A stretch of 64,000 nucleotides of DNA from Spirochaetia bacterium (GCA_965208575.1 CBDBOV010000004.1:832001-896000), one strand, 5' to 3'. Shown: positions 28,179 to 38,250, counted from the stretch's first letter. The notes: a model not told the origin generated them from the sequence alone. Translations and numbers: made by a program.

Positions 28179-29810
28179 ATGGCTCGTGTACCCTCGCTCG
28201 GTGACTTCCCCCCAACCCTGACCAAAGAAGCGTTCTGGGGAATGCTTGGCCAGATCGAGCACGAGCAACTCGACTTCAAACGCGGCGTTTCAACAAGCAT
28301 TCGCGAGACTATCTCCGCTATGGCCATGACGCACGGGGGCCTGATTGTCCACGGTATCGACGACCAGCGTACCATAATCGGCTGCCCCCTCTCCCAGAAC
28401 ACCCAGGACCGGATTACTCGCATCGCCACCGAGTGCGGCGTAGACGTACAAGTACGCACCGTTGTCGTCGGACCGCACGAGTTGACGATCACCGCCGTGC
28501 CGGAGGTGCGTGGACGAATCGTGACCACTCCAGATGGGCGGCTGTTGCGCCGGGTCGGCGGCGACTCGCAGCCGATACGAGGCGATGCCATGGGCCGCTT
28601 CGTGCGCGAGCGGGAATACCGATCCGGCGAAGATGAACCACTCGCGCTGGTCCGACCGGAGACGTTCAGCCTGGACGCACTGAACCAGGCCCTGGCAGCC
28701 GACGGTCGCGGACACGTCGGACCAATTCGGCTGACCCGCGCTTTGACGGACCTGAATGTTGCCGTCGCCGCCCCGCCACCGCTGGGAAGCAACGTGTTGC
28801 AGGCTGCTGCCATTCTGTTCGCGTCCAAACCGCGAGACCTGATCCGCGGTGCCGCCGTGCAGCTTGTGCGGCGGGTCGGTGTTGGCCCCCAGCCCGGCCC
28901 CGCCACCGCTCGCGAAGAGTGCTCGGCACCGCTGGTGGCGACAGTCGACTGCTGCCTGAAGTTCATCGCCGACCACACGCGAGGGGTGGAAGCAGTGTCG
29001 GGATCGAGGCGCGAGGTACTGCCTGAATATCCCCAGGCCGTGCTGCGGGAAGCGATTGTCAACGCCCTCGCTCATCGTGACTATGGTCTGAGAGGCAGCA
29101 CCGTGGACATCAGCGTCTGGGACGACCGCATAGAGGTTCACAGCCCCGGGCCGCTCCCCGGTCACATCACCCTCGAAAACATGCGCACCGAACACTACAG
29201 CCGCAATCCAAGGATCATGCGGGTCTTGAAGGCGGTCGGGCTCGTGGAGGAGTACGGCGAGGGAATCGAGCGTATGTACCGGGAAATGGAGGCCCGGCTG
29301 CTGGAGCCGCCGGTGTTTTCTGCCAACGACAGTTCGGTTACGGTCACGCTCTACAACCGCAGCGTGATCGACGTGGAGGAGCAGCTCTGGCTGCAGGCTC
29401 TCGACGGTGTGGACCTGGCAGCAGATGAGCGCCGCCTGCTGGTTGAAGTCCGCCGTGCCGGCGGTTCCATCGCTCCGCGCCAGGTCCGTGAGGCGATGCC
29501 GGGAGCGGACACACGCGAACTGCTTGCACGTGCCCAGGCCAAGGGCTTGGTGGCACGTATTGGCACACGCGGCGGCTCGCGCTACGCCCTCGCCAATTTC
29601 ATCGTCCCGCTCGCCGGCGGCTCCGTGACCACGCACGCACAGATGCTGCTCAACGAAATCCGGCGCCGGGGCAGCCTCTCCACTCCCGAAGGCGCCAAGC
29701 TCATCGGGATCGCTCCGGGAGCTGTTCGCGCCGTGCTGAACAAGCTCGAACAAGCCGGACTGATCCGGGCCGAGGGCAAGACTCGCGCGCGACGCTATTA
29801 CCTTCGCTGA
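28179..29810 (+). CDS. Schlafen/AlbA_2 + HATPase_c_4 + winged-helix protein
   Basis: EQLDFKR, AMAMTHGG.IVHG; LREAIVNALAHRDY, IEVHSPG, SRNP, EEYGEG; C-terminal GKTRARRY. Confidence 0.85.
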   Translation: MARVPSLGDFPPTLTKEAFWGMLGQIEHEQLDFKRGVSTSIRETISAMAMTHGGLIVHGIDDQRTIIGCPLSQNTQDRITRIATECGVDVQVRTVVVGPHELTITAVPEVRGRIVTTPDGRLLRRVGGDSQPIRGDAMGRFVREREYRSGEDEPLALVRPETFSLDALNQALAADGRGHVGPIRLTRALTDLNVAVAAPPPLGSNVLQAAAILFASKPRDLIRGAAVQLVRRVGVGPQPGPATAREECSAPLVATVDCCLKFIADHTRGVEAVSGSRREVLPEYPQAVLREAIVNALAHRDYGLRGSTVDISVWDDRIEVHSPGPLPGHITLENMRTEHYSRNPRIMRVLKAVGLVEEYGEGIERMYREMEARLLEPPVFSANDSSVTVTLYNRSVIDVEEQLWLQALDGVDLAADERRLLVEVRRAGGSIAPRQVREAMPGADTRELLARAQAKGLVARIGTRGGSRYALANFIVPLAGGSVTTHAQMLLNEIRRRGSLSTPEGAKLIGIAPGAVRAVLNKLEQAGLIRAEGKTRARRYYLR

Positions 29811-30043
29811 TGCGGGCCCGCCGCACGACCGCCGCACGCGCAAGCTCGATCGGGCTCGCCTTCCGCGCTCGCAGCAGGAAGTCGGAGCGCTGATTGCTGC
29901 GGCGTCCCATGTGGGAACGGACGCGAAGTGAGCACTCGGCCCGTTACCCGATTCGACCGTTCAAGTGCGCCGCGTGCCGCGGACTAGCGCTCATCGAAGC
30001 CGCCTGACGCGAACTTCCGGTTGCCGCACGGCCCGCGCCGCTC

Positions 30044-30457
30044 CTACGGATCGGAATCCTGTCCGAGCCGATGACTGGTGATACCCCCGCCGGGGAACCG
30101 CTCGTCGAGGGTGAAGACGGCTTGGCCGGTGAAACGGGCGACGGCCCATATCATGGCATCGCCAAACGACACCCGGCCCGACGGACGGCACAACTGGAGC
30201 GCTTCGATCATCTGCTCCTTCCGCGCCGGGTAGGCGGCGATGTTTGCTCTGCGCAACAACGCAACGAGTTGGTCGACGACCCGCTCGCGAGGAACGCCAT
30301 ACACCGAGCCGAGTACGTAGGCCGACTCCAACAACACCACGTCGGTAATGACCAGGTCTGTCTCGCTGTCGATGAGCCGGGCGCTCAGATCTGCCAGATG
30401 AGGCGGATCCCCGGTCAGGTACCTGACGATGACCGACGTATCGATCAGGTCGCTCAC
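30044..30457 (-). CDS. vapC: PIN-domain (VapC) toxin
   Basis: IDTSVIVRYL, LLESAYVL, SFGDAMI and FTLD acidic PIN motifs. Confidence 0.88.
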   Translation of the reverse strand: MSDLIDTSVIVRYLTGDPPHLADLSARLIDSETDLVITDVVLLESAYVLGSVYGVPRERVVDQLVALLRRANIAAYPARKEQMIEALQLCRPSGRVSFGDAMIWAVARFTGQAVFTLDERFPGGGITSHRLGQDSDP

Positions 30458-30732
30458 CTCTGCTGCGAATCCCCGCGTATCCGCCGTTCAGCCGCACGTT
30501 GCCACGCCTGTTCCTTGGCTTCCGAGAACTCCTCGCCGGAGCGGATATGCCGAGTGACGTACGGTGCGAGCGTCCCTTTCAACGACTCGCGATGATCGGG
30601 CGGCAGGAAGCGAATCTCCACGTGGTCATCGACCACCCGTTGCAGCGCCACCCACCCCGGCGCGATCCCGAGCGAGTCGCGTATCGCCTTGGCGATGACG
30701 ACTTGGCCCTTCTGTCCTACTACGTGCGACAT
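30454..30732 (-). CDS. vapB: AbrB/MazE/SpoVT-family antitoxin
   Basis: VGQKGQVVIAKAIRDSLGI AbrB motif; 4-nt overlap with the PIN gene. Confidence 0.88.
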   Translation of the reverse strand: MSHVVGQKGQVVIAKAIRDSLGIAPGWVALQRVVDDHVEIRFLPPDHRESLKGTLAPYVTRHIRSGEEFSEAKEQAWQRAAERRIRGDSQQR

Positions 30733-30784
30733 GGTATAACCTTCTACGTCAAGTATAACTCATCCGCCGCCTTCAGACGAATGA

Positions 30785-31093
30785 GAGTTCGCGGCTCCGG
30801 CAATCATCATCTTCACGGTCAACATCGGTGGCGTGATCATCGCCGAGGCCTCGCTGAGCTTTCTGGGATTCGGTCTGCCGCCCGACGTTCCCAGTTGTGG
30901 AGGCATGCTCAGCCGCGAAGGACGGCAATACATGGAGATGGCGCCGCGCTTGGCCCTCTGGCCCGGCCTGTGCCTGACGATCGTGGTATACAGTCTGAAC
31001 ATGTTCGGCGACGCGGTGCGCGACCTGCTCGACCCGCGGCTGCGCGGTGGCGGGTGTCTCGGCGCCGATGCCGGGGGCGCGGGGTCGGTATAG
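30785..31093 (+). pseudogene. 3' fragment of DppC/OppC-type ABC permease
   Basis: IIAEASLSFLGFG.PP..PSCGGML...NMFGDAVRDLLDPRLR. In-frame stop just upstream; the conserved PSWG Trp reads Cys. Confidence 0.85.
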
Positions 31094-31265
31094 CAAGCGT
31101 CATTCGCGCGTGGCGCTACGCTTCCCGTCGGTGTATGCTGCGCTCAGGTGAGCGGCGGCACGGTCGCGGCGCCGGGCGTCGGGGTGACGCTGTTGCCGCG
31201 ATCCAGACGTTCGGATTCACCACCGGGGCGTGGTGGTGACCAGGATGTTCGACTGAGGTGTGGCG

Positions 31266-31470
31266 GTGCGCAGGTTCAACACGGAGGGCCCGGTAGAGTT
31301 CCCGACCGGCACTACTGCATTCCGCCGCTGGAGCGGCTGGACGACGTGGACCGGGTGCTGTGGGGCACCTGGTGATCTTCGACCCCAGTGCCGACAAGAG
31401 CTGGGACGAGAAGGAATACCGGCGCGACGAGCGCCTCGGCGCGCGCTCGATCGTGGTGTGGGGGATGTAG
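31266..31470 (+). pseudogene. Internally deleted AAA-type ATPase gene remnant
   Basis: N-terminal VRRFNTEGPV..HYCIPPLERL joined with frameshifts to C-terminal HLVIFD...KSWDEK...VVWGM*. Both ends recognised from a family of ~500-aa ATPases. Confidence 0.6.
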
Positions 31471-31620
31471 ACGTGCTCGCCCGCGGCGGCGCGCTGACGA
31501 TGGACACCACGGTCGCAGGTGCCGCACTCCACTGCGCTCGTTGGGTTACAATCGTTGGTGGAGACAACCGATCAGGCGGGCGCGTAACCCGCGCCACGAG
31601 TTTCTCCCCGGAGGCCGCAC

Positions 31621-32913
31621 ATGACCGCTGACCTTATCGAACGGCGCAACCGGGCGCTCGGCGCCGGCGCGCCGCTGTTCTACCGCGAGCCACTGCACAT
31701 CGTGCGCGGCGAGGGCGCCTATCTGTTCGATGCCGCCGGCCGCCGCTACGTCGACATGTACAACAACGTGCCGTGCGTCGGTCATGCCCATCCCCGGATC
31801 GTCGAAGCGATGGCGGCCCAGCAGGCAACCCTCAACGTGCACAGCCGCTACCTGCACGAGGGCATCCTGGAGCTCGCCGAACGGATCACGGGGCTGCACG
31901 GGGAGCGCATGGAGAGCGTCGTGTTCTCATGCACCGGGACCGAGGCCAACGAGGTGGCGCTGCGCATGGCGCGGGCGGCGACCGGCCGGCGCGGGATCGT
32001 GTGCTCGGATGCCGCCTATCACGGCACCAGCGAGGCGGTCGGCAAGCTCACGCACGTGCGCCGGCGCAGTGCCGAGCGGGGCGCCGAGGTACGCGGCTTT
32101 CCGTTCCCGCAGACCTATCGACCGCTCGCCGGCGGACCGGCCGGCGAGCCGATCGAAGAACTCCGGGATCGCTACCTCGATCGCCTGCAGGCGGCCATCG
32201 ACGACCTCACCAACGACGGCGTGGGGTTTGCCGCACTCCTCGTGTGTCCGATCTTCGCCAACGAGGGGCTGCCCACGGTGCCCGCCGGCTTCCTGCCGCG
32301 GGCCGCGGCGATCGCGCGCGCGGCGGGGGGAGTCGTGGTCTCCGACGAGGTCCAGGCAGGCTATTGCCGCACCGGTCGTTGGTGGGGCTACGAGGTTGCC
32401 GGATTCGAGCCCGACATCGTGGTGACCGGCAAGCCGATGGGGGCCGGGCTTCCGCTCGCGGCAACGACCGCGAGCCGCGAACTCGTGGAGACGTTTCGAA
32501 GGACCGGCTACTTCAACACGTTCGCGTCGAGCCCGCTGCAGGGCGCCGTCGGCAAGGCGGTCATCGACATCATCGAAGACGAGGGGCTTCGGCACCACGT
32601 CGCGACCGTCGGCGCGCGCCTGATCGAGGGGCTCCGGGAACTACAGCCCCACTACCCTGCCATGGGCGACGTGCGCGGCCACGGCCTGTTCGTCGGGGTC
32701 GACCTGGTCGCGGATCCGGCGACCAAGGCGCCCGATCGGGAAGGTGCCGCCAATGTCGTCAACGCGCTCAAGGACAAGGGCTTCCTGACCGCGAGCAGCG
32801 GCGTGCACAACAACGTGGTCAAGATGCGTCCGCCGCTGGTCCTCGGCGCCGCCGATGCCGATGCGTTCCTGGCAGCCTTCCGAGAGACGATGGCCGATCT
32901 CTCCGGTGGATAG
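31621..32913 (+). CDS. Class III PLP-dependent aminotransferase/phospho-lyase family protein
   Basis: NNVPCVGH, TGTEANE, SDEVQAG.CRTG, TGKPMG and FNTF motifs. Confidence 0.92.
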   Translation: MTADLIERRNRALGAGAPLFYREPLHIVRGEGAYLFDAAGRRYVDMYNNVPCVGHAHPRIVEAMAAQQATLNVHSRYLHEGILELAERITGLHGERMESVVFSCTGTEANEVALRMARAATGRRGIVCSDAAYHGTSEAVGKLTHVRRRSAERGAEVRGFPFPQTYRPLAGGPAGEPIEELRDRYLDRLQAAIDDLTNDGVGFAALLVCPIFANEGLPTVPAGFLPRAAAIARAAGGVVVSDEVQAGYCRTGRWWGYEVAGFEPDIVVTGKPMGAGLPLAATTASRELVETFRRTGYFNTFASSPLQGAVGKAVIDIIEDEGLRHHVATVGARLIEGLRELQPHYPAMGDVRGHGLFVGVDLVADPATKAPDREGAANVVNALKDKGFLTASSGVHNNVVKMRPPLVLGAADADAFLAAFRETMADLSGG

Positions 32914-33910
32914 AGCAGCGATCGAAGAGCGCTACGGCGGAGCGGCTCGATCGGCGATGGACGCGTTCGGGCTCGCCGGCGGTGCGCTGTCGCTGGTCGC
33001 TGTGTCCGAGAACGTCACGTTCCGCGTCGACGCGCCCGATGGAGACGCGTACGTGCTCCGCCTGCACCGGCCCGGCTATCACACGCTCGCCGAGCTGGTC
33101 TCGGAGCGCACATGGACCGCTGCCCTCGCGGGCGCGGGGATGGCAGTTCCCCGTGGCGTCACGACGAACGGCGGACGCCACTACGTCGAGGTGGTCGCCG
33201 CCGACGGCGAACGACGCTACGCCGGGGTAACGCGCTGGATCGAAGGCACGCCGCTCGGCCGGGTGCTGCGCGCTGCCGAGGCGGACGAGTACCTGCCGCA
33301 TTTCGATGCCATCGGTGCCATTGCGGCGACGGTCCACAATCAGTCGAGCGGGTGGGCGGCGCCCGCGGGGTTTACCCGGCACGCGTTCGACGTCGACGGC
33401 TTGTTCGGCGAGACGCCGTTCTGGGGTCGATTCTGGGATTCGCCGCTGCTGTCGCCGGCGGAGCGCCGGCTGGTCGTGCGCACCCGCGACGCGATCGGCG
33501 CCGCGCTCGCCCGCTACGGCGCCGACGCGCGCACCTACAGCCTCATCCACTCCGACCTGCACTTCGGCAACGTCCTGGTCGACGGCGACCGGCTCGCGGT
33601 GATCGACTTCGACGACTGCGGCTTCGGCTGGCACCAGTACGAACTCGCCGTGGTGCTCACCGGGCATCCGGCCGAGCGCTTCGACGCGCACTTCGAGTCG
33701 CTGCTGCGTGGCTACCGGCGGGTGCGAGCCTTCCCGGACCAGGATGCGGCATTGGTGCCGATGTTTGTCGTGGCGCGCGCGCTCGCACAGTTGGGATGGA
33801 TCGAGCAGCGGCCGGAGCATCACCGCCCGGGCGTGGTGCAGGCGCACAAGGACCGAGCGTGCACCCTGTGCGCGAGCCTCGACACGCGCGAGTTGACCGT
33901 TACGCCGTAG
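32906..33910 (+). CDS. APH/choline kinase-like phosphotransferase
   Basis: SENVTF, LRLHRPGYH, IHSDLHFGN and IDFDDCGFGW motifs; overlaps the aminotransferase stop. Confidence 0.88.
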   Translation: MDRAAIEERYGGAARSAMDAFGLAGGALSLVAVSENVTFRVDAPDGDAYVLRLHRPGYHTLAELVSERTWTAALAGAGMAVPRGVTTNGGRHYVEVVAADGERRYAGVTRWIEGTPLGRVLRAAEADEYLPHFDAIGAIAATVHNQSSGWAAPAGFTRHAFDVDGLFGETPFWGRFWDSPLLSPAERRLVVRTRDAIGAALARYGADARTYSLIHSDLHFGNVLVDGDRLAVIDFDDCGFGWHQYELAVVLTGHPAERFDAHFESLLRGYRRVRAFPDQDAALVPMFVVARALAQLGWIEQRPEHHRPGVVQAHKDRACTLCASLDTRELTVTP

Positions 33911-33988
33911 GGCCCTGATCGCCGTCTTCATCGCTTCAGTACCGAGTATAACTGGCACCGCCAGTTGGGTCTGGGCAGTGGTTACACG

Positions 33989-34135
33989 CCATGGCTGGCT
34001 CTGTGGCCTGGTCTTTGCCTGACGATTACCGGTTACAGTCTCAACATGTTCGGCGATGCCGTGCGGGATCTGCTCGACCCGCGGCTCAGGGGTGGTGGGG
34101 GTCGTCTCGGTGCCGCCAGCGCCAAGTCGGCTTAG
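33989..34135 (+). pseudogene. Second 3' fragment of DppC/OppC-type permease
   Basis: PWLALWPGLCLTITGYSLNMFGDAVRDLLDPRLRGGGGRLGAASAKSA*; homologous to about 30943-31093. Confidence 0.85.
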
Positions 34136-34222
34136 AGGGGCTTGCAGGAGCCATCGGCGTCGTCCGGCGGCAATCAAGCGCCTGCCACCATCACCATCAT
34201 GCGCTGCAACCTGCCAACATCG

Positions 34223-35128
34223 CTACCTCCGTTTTGGTGTGACCCCGGCGGCAGCGTGGGTCGCAAGCCAGCGGGCGACGGCATCGTCGTCATTGGCAGG
34301 GATGGTGGTGGTGGCGTGGCGCTTCAGGGCCGCGGTGGCGTTGGCGACGGCGAGGGCGGTGTCGGCGGCCTGGAACAGACCGATGTCGTTGTCGCCGTCT
34401 CCGAACACCACGAGCCGGCAGCCGTGCAGGTCGGGGCGCCGGCGAATCAGTGCGGCGACACCGCGCTCCTTGCTGGCGGCGGCGGCATGGACGGTCAGCC
34501 AGTACCAGCCCGGCGAGTAGGTGTTCTCGAAGCAGTAGGTGCGGACGGCGTCGGAGTGGCGCTGGTGGATTTCTTCCCGTAGCGCGTCCAGCGGTTCCTG
34601 GAGGCCGATAACGGTGAAGCAGACCACCTGTTCGCGCAGGCCGTCGCGCAGGTTGGCCAGGCGGCGCAGACGCGGGTCGCCGAGCGACTCGCGGTCGTCC
34701 AGGTACCACTGCATACCGGCATTGATCACGGTGTCGTAGTAGAGCCGGTCGGCGCGCCCATCCCAGGTCGAGACGAACGGCACGTGGCCGCTGCGCTGCA
34801 CCAGGGTCCACAGATCCCCCAGCAGCGCCGGGGCCACGGCGTGTACGACGTGGTGGTGGCCGGTCGCGAGGTCGGATACGAACGATCCATTGAAGTCGAC
34901 CACCGGCAGGGTCAGATGCAGGCCGGCCAGGAGGTGGCGCAGCGAGGAGCAACTGCGCGCGCTGGCGACGGTGAATTGCAGCCCCGCCGCCAGCAGGTTG
35001 TTCAGGGTGTCGCGGCTGTAGCGCGACAACGTGCCGTCACTGCCGAGCAGCGTGTGGTCGACGTCCGACACGTAGAGGATTCGTGCGGCGCGGTCGGCAT
35101 CGGGTGACGGCTGCGCTGGGCGGGTCAC
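34223..35128 (-). CDS. Cof-type HAD-IIB hydrolase
   Basis: SDVDHTLL, VASAR, SKERG and FGDGDND motifs. Confidence 0.9.
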   Translation of the reverse strand: MTRPAQPSPDADRAARILYVSDVDHTLLGSDGTLSRYSRDTLNNLLAAGLQFTVASARSCSSLRHLLAGLHLTLPVVDFNGSFVSDLATGHHHVVHAVAPALLGDLWTLVQRSGHVPFVSTWDGRADRLYYDTVINAGMQWYLDDRESLGDPRLRRLANLRDGLREQVVCFTVIGLQEPLDALREEIHQRHSDAVRTYCFENTYSPGWYWLTVHAAAASKERGVAALIRRRPDLHGCRLVVFGDGDNDIGLFQAADTALAVANATAALKRHATTTIPANDDDAVARWLATHAAAGVTPKRR

Positions 35129-35367
35129 GACCGAGTGCTCACCTTGGCGCTCCACGTGCCACCCGATGCGGGCCTGCGGCACTCGCGGACGGTCGGGTCA
35201 CTCGGGGTCGTGACAATCCCGGGCTGTATGCCACGGGCCGTCGAGGCGTGGGGTCGTCGGGGCGATGAAGGCCTGCCATGCCGTCGTCGGCGCTTCGGCA
35301 GCGCCGCTTCGCGTGTCCCGAGCGCTCCACGGCGGCGCGTGTCTGCTGCTCTGCCGCCACATCGGTC

Positions 35368-36090
35368 TCAGGCCGCCGGCAGTAGCTCGGCGATGGCGTG
35401 CACGATGCGGTGAGGCTTGGCGGCGGGTGCTTCGGGGAGCCCGTCATGGCGGCTGTCCACCCACACCGTGTGCAGGCCGGCGGCGTGCCCGCCGGCGATG
35501 TCCTTGGCCAGGTCGTCGCCCACCATCCACGCCTCGTACGGCTGCCGGCCGACCGCGGCCAGGGCGTGGCGGAATACGGCCGGATCCGGCTTGCCGATGC
35601 CGAACTCGCCCTCCACCACCACCACGTCGAAGTAGGGCACCAAGCCCACCCGCTCGATCTTGCCGCGCTGGCTGGGCGCTTCGCCGTTGGTGACCAGCGC
35701 CAGCGCCACGCCGCGGCGGCGCAGCTCGACCAGCGTCTCCAGGGCGCCGGGGAACGGCTGCAGCCGGTTGATCCGCTCCTGCACCACGAACGGGCCGGCC
35801 CAGGCGGCGGCGCCGTCATCGCGCCAGCCCAGCTCGTCCAGCGCGCGGCGTGCGATGCGGGTGCGGGCGCCGGCCTGGTTGAGACGACCCCAGTCGGCGC
35901 GCTCCTGGTCCTGCCAATACCAGCGGTCGGCGGCGAAGAATGCCACGGACGCCTGCTCCCGGTCCCACCCGCGCTCCCCCGCCAACCTGCTCGCGGCTTC
36001 GTGCCATGCGCCGCGGGACGCGCGGTAGGTGTCGACCACGGTATCGTCCATGTCGAACAGAATGGCCGCCGGAAGGGCGCTGCCGGGCAT
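35368..36090 (-). CDS. HAD-IA family hydrolase
   Basis: FDMDDTV, VTNG, GKPDP and MVGDD...DIAG motifs. Confidence 0.9.
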   Translation of the reverse strand: MPGSALPAAILFDMDDTVVDTYRASRGAWHEAASRLAGERGWDREQASVAFFAADRWYWQDQERADWGRLNQAGARTRIARRALDELGWRDDGAAAWAGPFVVQERINRLQPFPGALETLVELRRRGVALALVTNGEAPSQRGKIERVGLVPYFDVVVVEGEFGIGKPDPAVFRHALAAVGRQPYEAWMVGDDLAKDIAGGHAAGLHTVWVDSRHDGLPEAPAAKPHRIVHAIAELLPAA

Positions 36091-36240
36091 GCGATGGTCC
36101 ACGCCGGGAAGGTACGAACACGGTCACCGGCGGATCAACGTTCCGGCCATTGCTCCCCAGGAGTCGCTGCCGGAGCAAACACGGCGAGAATCCGCCCCGG
36201 CATTGGCCACGATTATGAAAAAATCACCCTTACAGGAGAA

Positions 36241-36257
36241 CTATTTACGATAAATAG
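36241..36257. promoter_or_regulatory. AT-rich palindrome, possible operator between divergent genes
   Basis: CTATTTA-cga-TAAATAG, with a TATAGT -10-like box at 36272-36277. Confidence 0.4.
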
Positions 36258-36296
36258 ACGTAATGTCCTAGTATAGTTGATGGTGGAGGTGTTGCG

Positions 36297-38039
36297 ATGC
36301 GGACACTCGAGAAGCCGGGGACCGTGGCCTTGCGCCCACGAATACTGGGCTTGCCGATGATCGTTGCCGTCCTGCTGGGAGCGTGCAGCGCGGTGGGACC
36401 GACGTCGACGGAAGCACCGGAATCCGAAGCGCCGGCAGCGCCGGCAGTGTCCCCGGGAGCGCGAGGTCAGACCAGCGTGACGGTCGCGTGGACGGCACCC
36501 GCGGCGGAACTGACCATCACCGGCTACGAGCTGCGGTGGCGGGGCGGCGCCGACACGGCGTGGACCAACGTTCCCGGCCTCGCGAGCACCGAGACCAGCT
36601 ACACGATCACGGGCTTGCAGCCGCGCACCACCTACGAGGTTGGGGTACGCGCGCTGGCCGCGACGACCGTCGGCGCCTGGTCGGAGCCGATCACGGTATC
36701 GACCACGGCGACGCCGGCGTCGGCGCCCCCGGACGGACCCAGGATTTCCGAACCGACGGCGGACTCGAACAGCATCACGGTGACGTGGACGGCACCGGCC
36801 GCCGACGAAACGATCACCGGCTACGAGTTGAACTGGCGGAGCAGCACGGACGTGGACTGGACCGTGGTGCCCGGCATCTCCAGCACCGCGGCCAGCTACA
36901 CCATCCGGGGCCTGCAACCGCGGACCACCTACGACGTGCGCGTGCGCGCCCGGTTCGCGACGACCGACGGCGCCTGGTCGGAGCCGATCACGGTATCGAC
37001 CACGGCACCGCCGGCGCCGGCGCCGGCGCCGGCCAGACCCAGACTCTCCCTGAAAACGGTAAGCCATGACCGGGTGACGGTAGAATGGGTGGCGCCGGCC
37101 ACCCACAAGTCGATCACCAGCTACGAGCTGCAAGTGCGCGGCGGCGCTTTCTCGAAATGGACACCGGTCACCGGTTTTGCGAGCACCAGTACCACCGGCA
37201 CAATCGAGGGCCTGCAACCGGAGACCATCTACCGGGCACGGGTGCGCGCCATGTTCGGCAGCGTCGCGGGCTCGTGGTCCGCGACCCTGACGTTCACGAC
37301 CGCCCGTATACCGATGGTTCACTTTTCCTGTGGGTGTCAGACCTGTCAGTGTCGGTGTCAGCAAACCATATCGGAGGGTGCCGCCGCCGCCGAAAAAGGC
37401 TTTCATGCGCATCTTGCGGCGGCCTTACACTTTACCGCGGAAACCTTCCCCATGACGATCCGATACGAGGTCGATGAAACCGGCGACGTGCTGGAGTCAA
37501 TATCAAAGGGTGAATTCGAGACACCTTCCGTGGGCGTGACTCCCCGCGGCCACTCTTACCACTACCCGCGCATTCGTTTGCCGATCGTCGCCGACGGCGT
37601 CGACGAACCGGACAGCACCATCACCGTCCAGATCCTCGAGGACCCCCGCTACCGCGTTGCTTGCCCGTCTACGTCCACGATCAAAATTACCGACGACGAT
37701 GACCCGCCGAGCGTCGAAGTGGACGACGTGGCGGTGACGGAGGGCGACAGCGGGACGGTGAACGCGACGTTCACGGTGAGCCTGAGCGTGGAGAGCGGTT
37801 GGACGGTGACGGTGGACTGGGCGACCTCCGGCGGGACGGCGACGGCAGGGTCCGACTACACGGCCGGGAGCGGGACGCTGACCTTCGCGGCGGGCACGAC
37901 CGAGCGAACCTTCGATGTGGCGGTGACCGGAGACACGGCGGACGAGTCGGACGAGACGTACACGGTGACGCTGAGCAACGCAAGCAACGCGAGCATCCCG
38001 GACGCGACCGGGACAGGGACGATCACCGACGACGATTGA
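36297..38039 (+). CDS. Lipoprotein with 3 fibronectin type III repeats and Calx-beta domain(s)
   Basis: LLGAC lipobox; three W.AP...ITGYE...GLQP.TTY.V.VRA...WSE repeats; C-terminal V.EGDSG...ATAGSDY...DESDE. Confidence 0.88.
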   Translation: MRTLEKPGTVALRPRILGLPMIVAVLLGACSAVGPTSTEAPESEAPAAPAVSPGARGQTSVTVAWTAPAAELTITGYELRWRGGADTAWTNVPGLASTETSYTITGLQPRTTYEVGVRALAATTVGAWSEPITVSTTATPASAPPDGPRISEPTADSNSITVTWTAPAADETITGYELNWRSSTDVDWTVVPGISSTAASYTIRGLQPRTTYDVRVRARFATTDGAWSEPITVSTTAPPAPAPAPARPRLSLKTVSHDRVTVEWVAPATHKSITSYELQVRGGAFSKWTPVTGFASTSTTGTIEGLQPETIYRARVRAMFGSVAGSWSATLTFTTARIPMVHFSCGCQTCQCRCQQTISEGAAAAEKGFHAHLAAALHFTAETFPMTIRYEVDETGDVLESISKGEFETPSVGVTPRGHSYHYPRIRLPIVADGVDEPDSTITVQILEDPRYRVACPSTSTIKITDDDDPPSVEVDDVAVTEGDSGTVNATFTVSLSVESGWTVTVDWATSGGTATAGSDYTAGSGTLTFAAGTTERTFDVAVTGDTADESDETYTVTLSNASNASIPDATGTGTITDDD

Positions 38040-38250
38040 CCTTCCACGGGTGCGGCGCAGCAGGTCTGCAAGACGATCGCCGCCCGAGCGTCGGTACAAG
38101 CCGGCAAGTCGAACTCCGGGCAGCACCGATCCCGCGCCATTGCACCCGAATCGGCCGCGACGCGCTCGAACATTGCGTTGCCGACGTCCAGGCGGCCGGG
38201 GCGCAACGTACAGCCTCTTCGGCTCGCGGGCCGGCCGGCATGCGGCGCGG

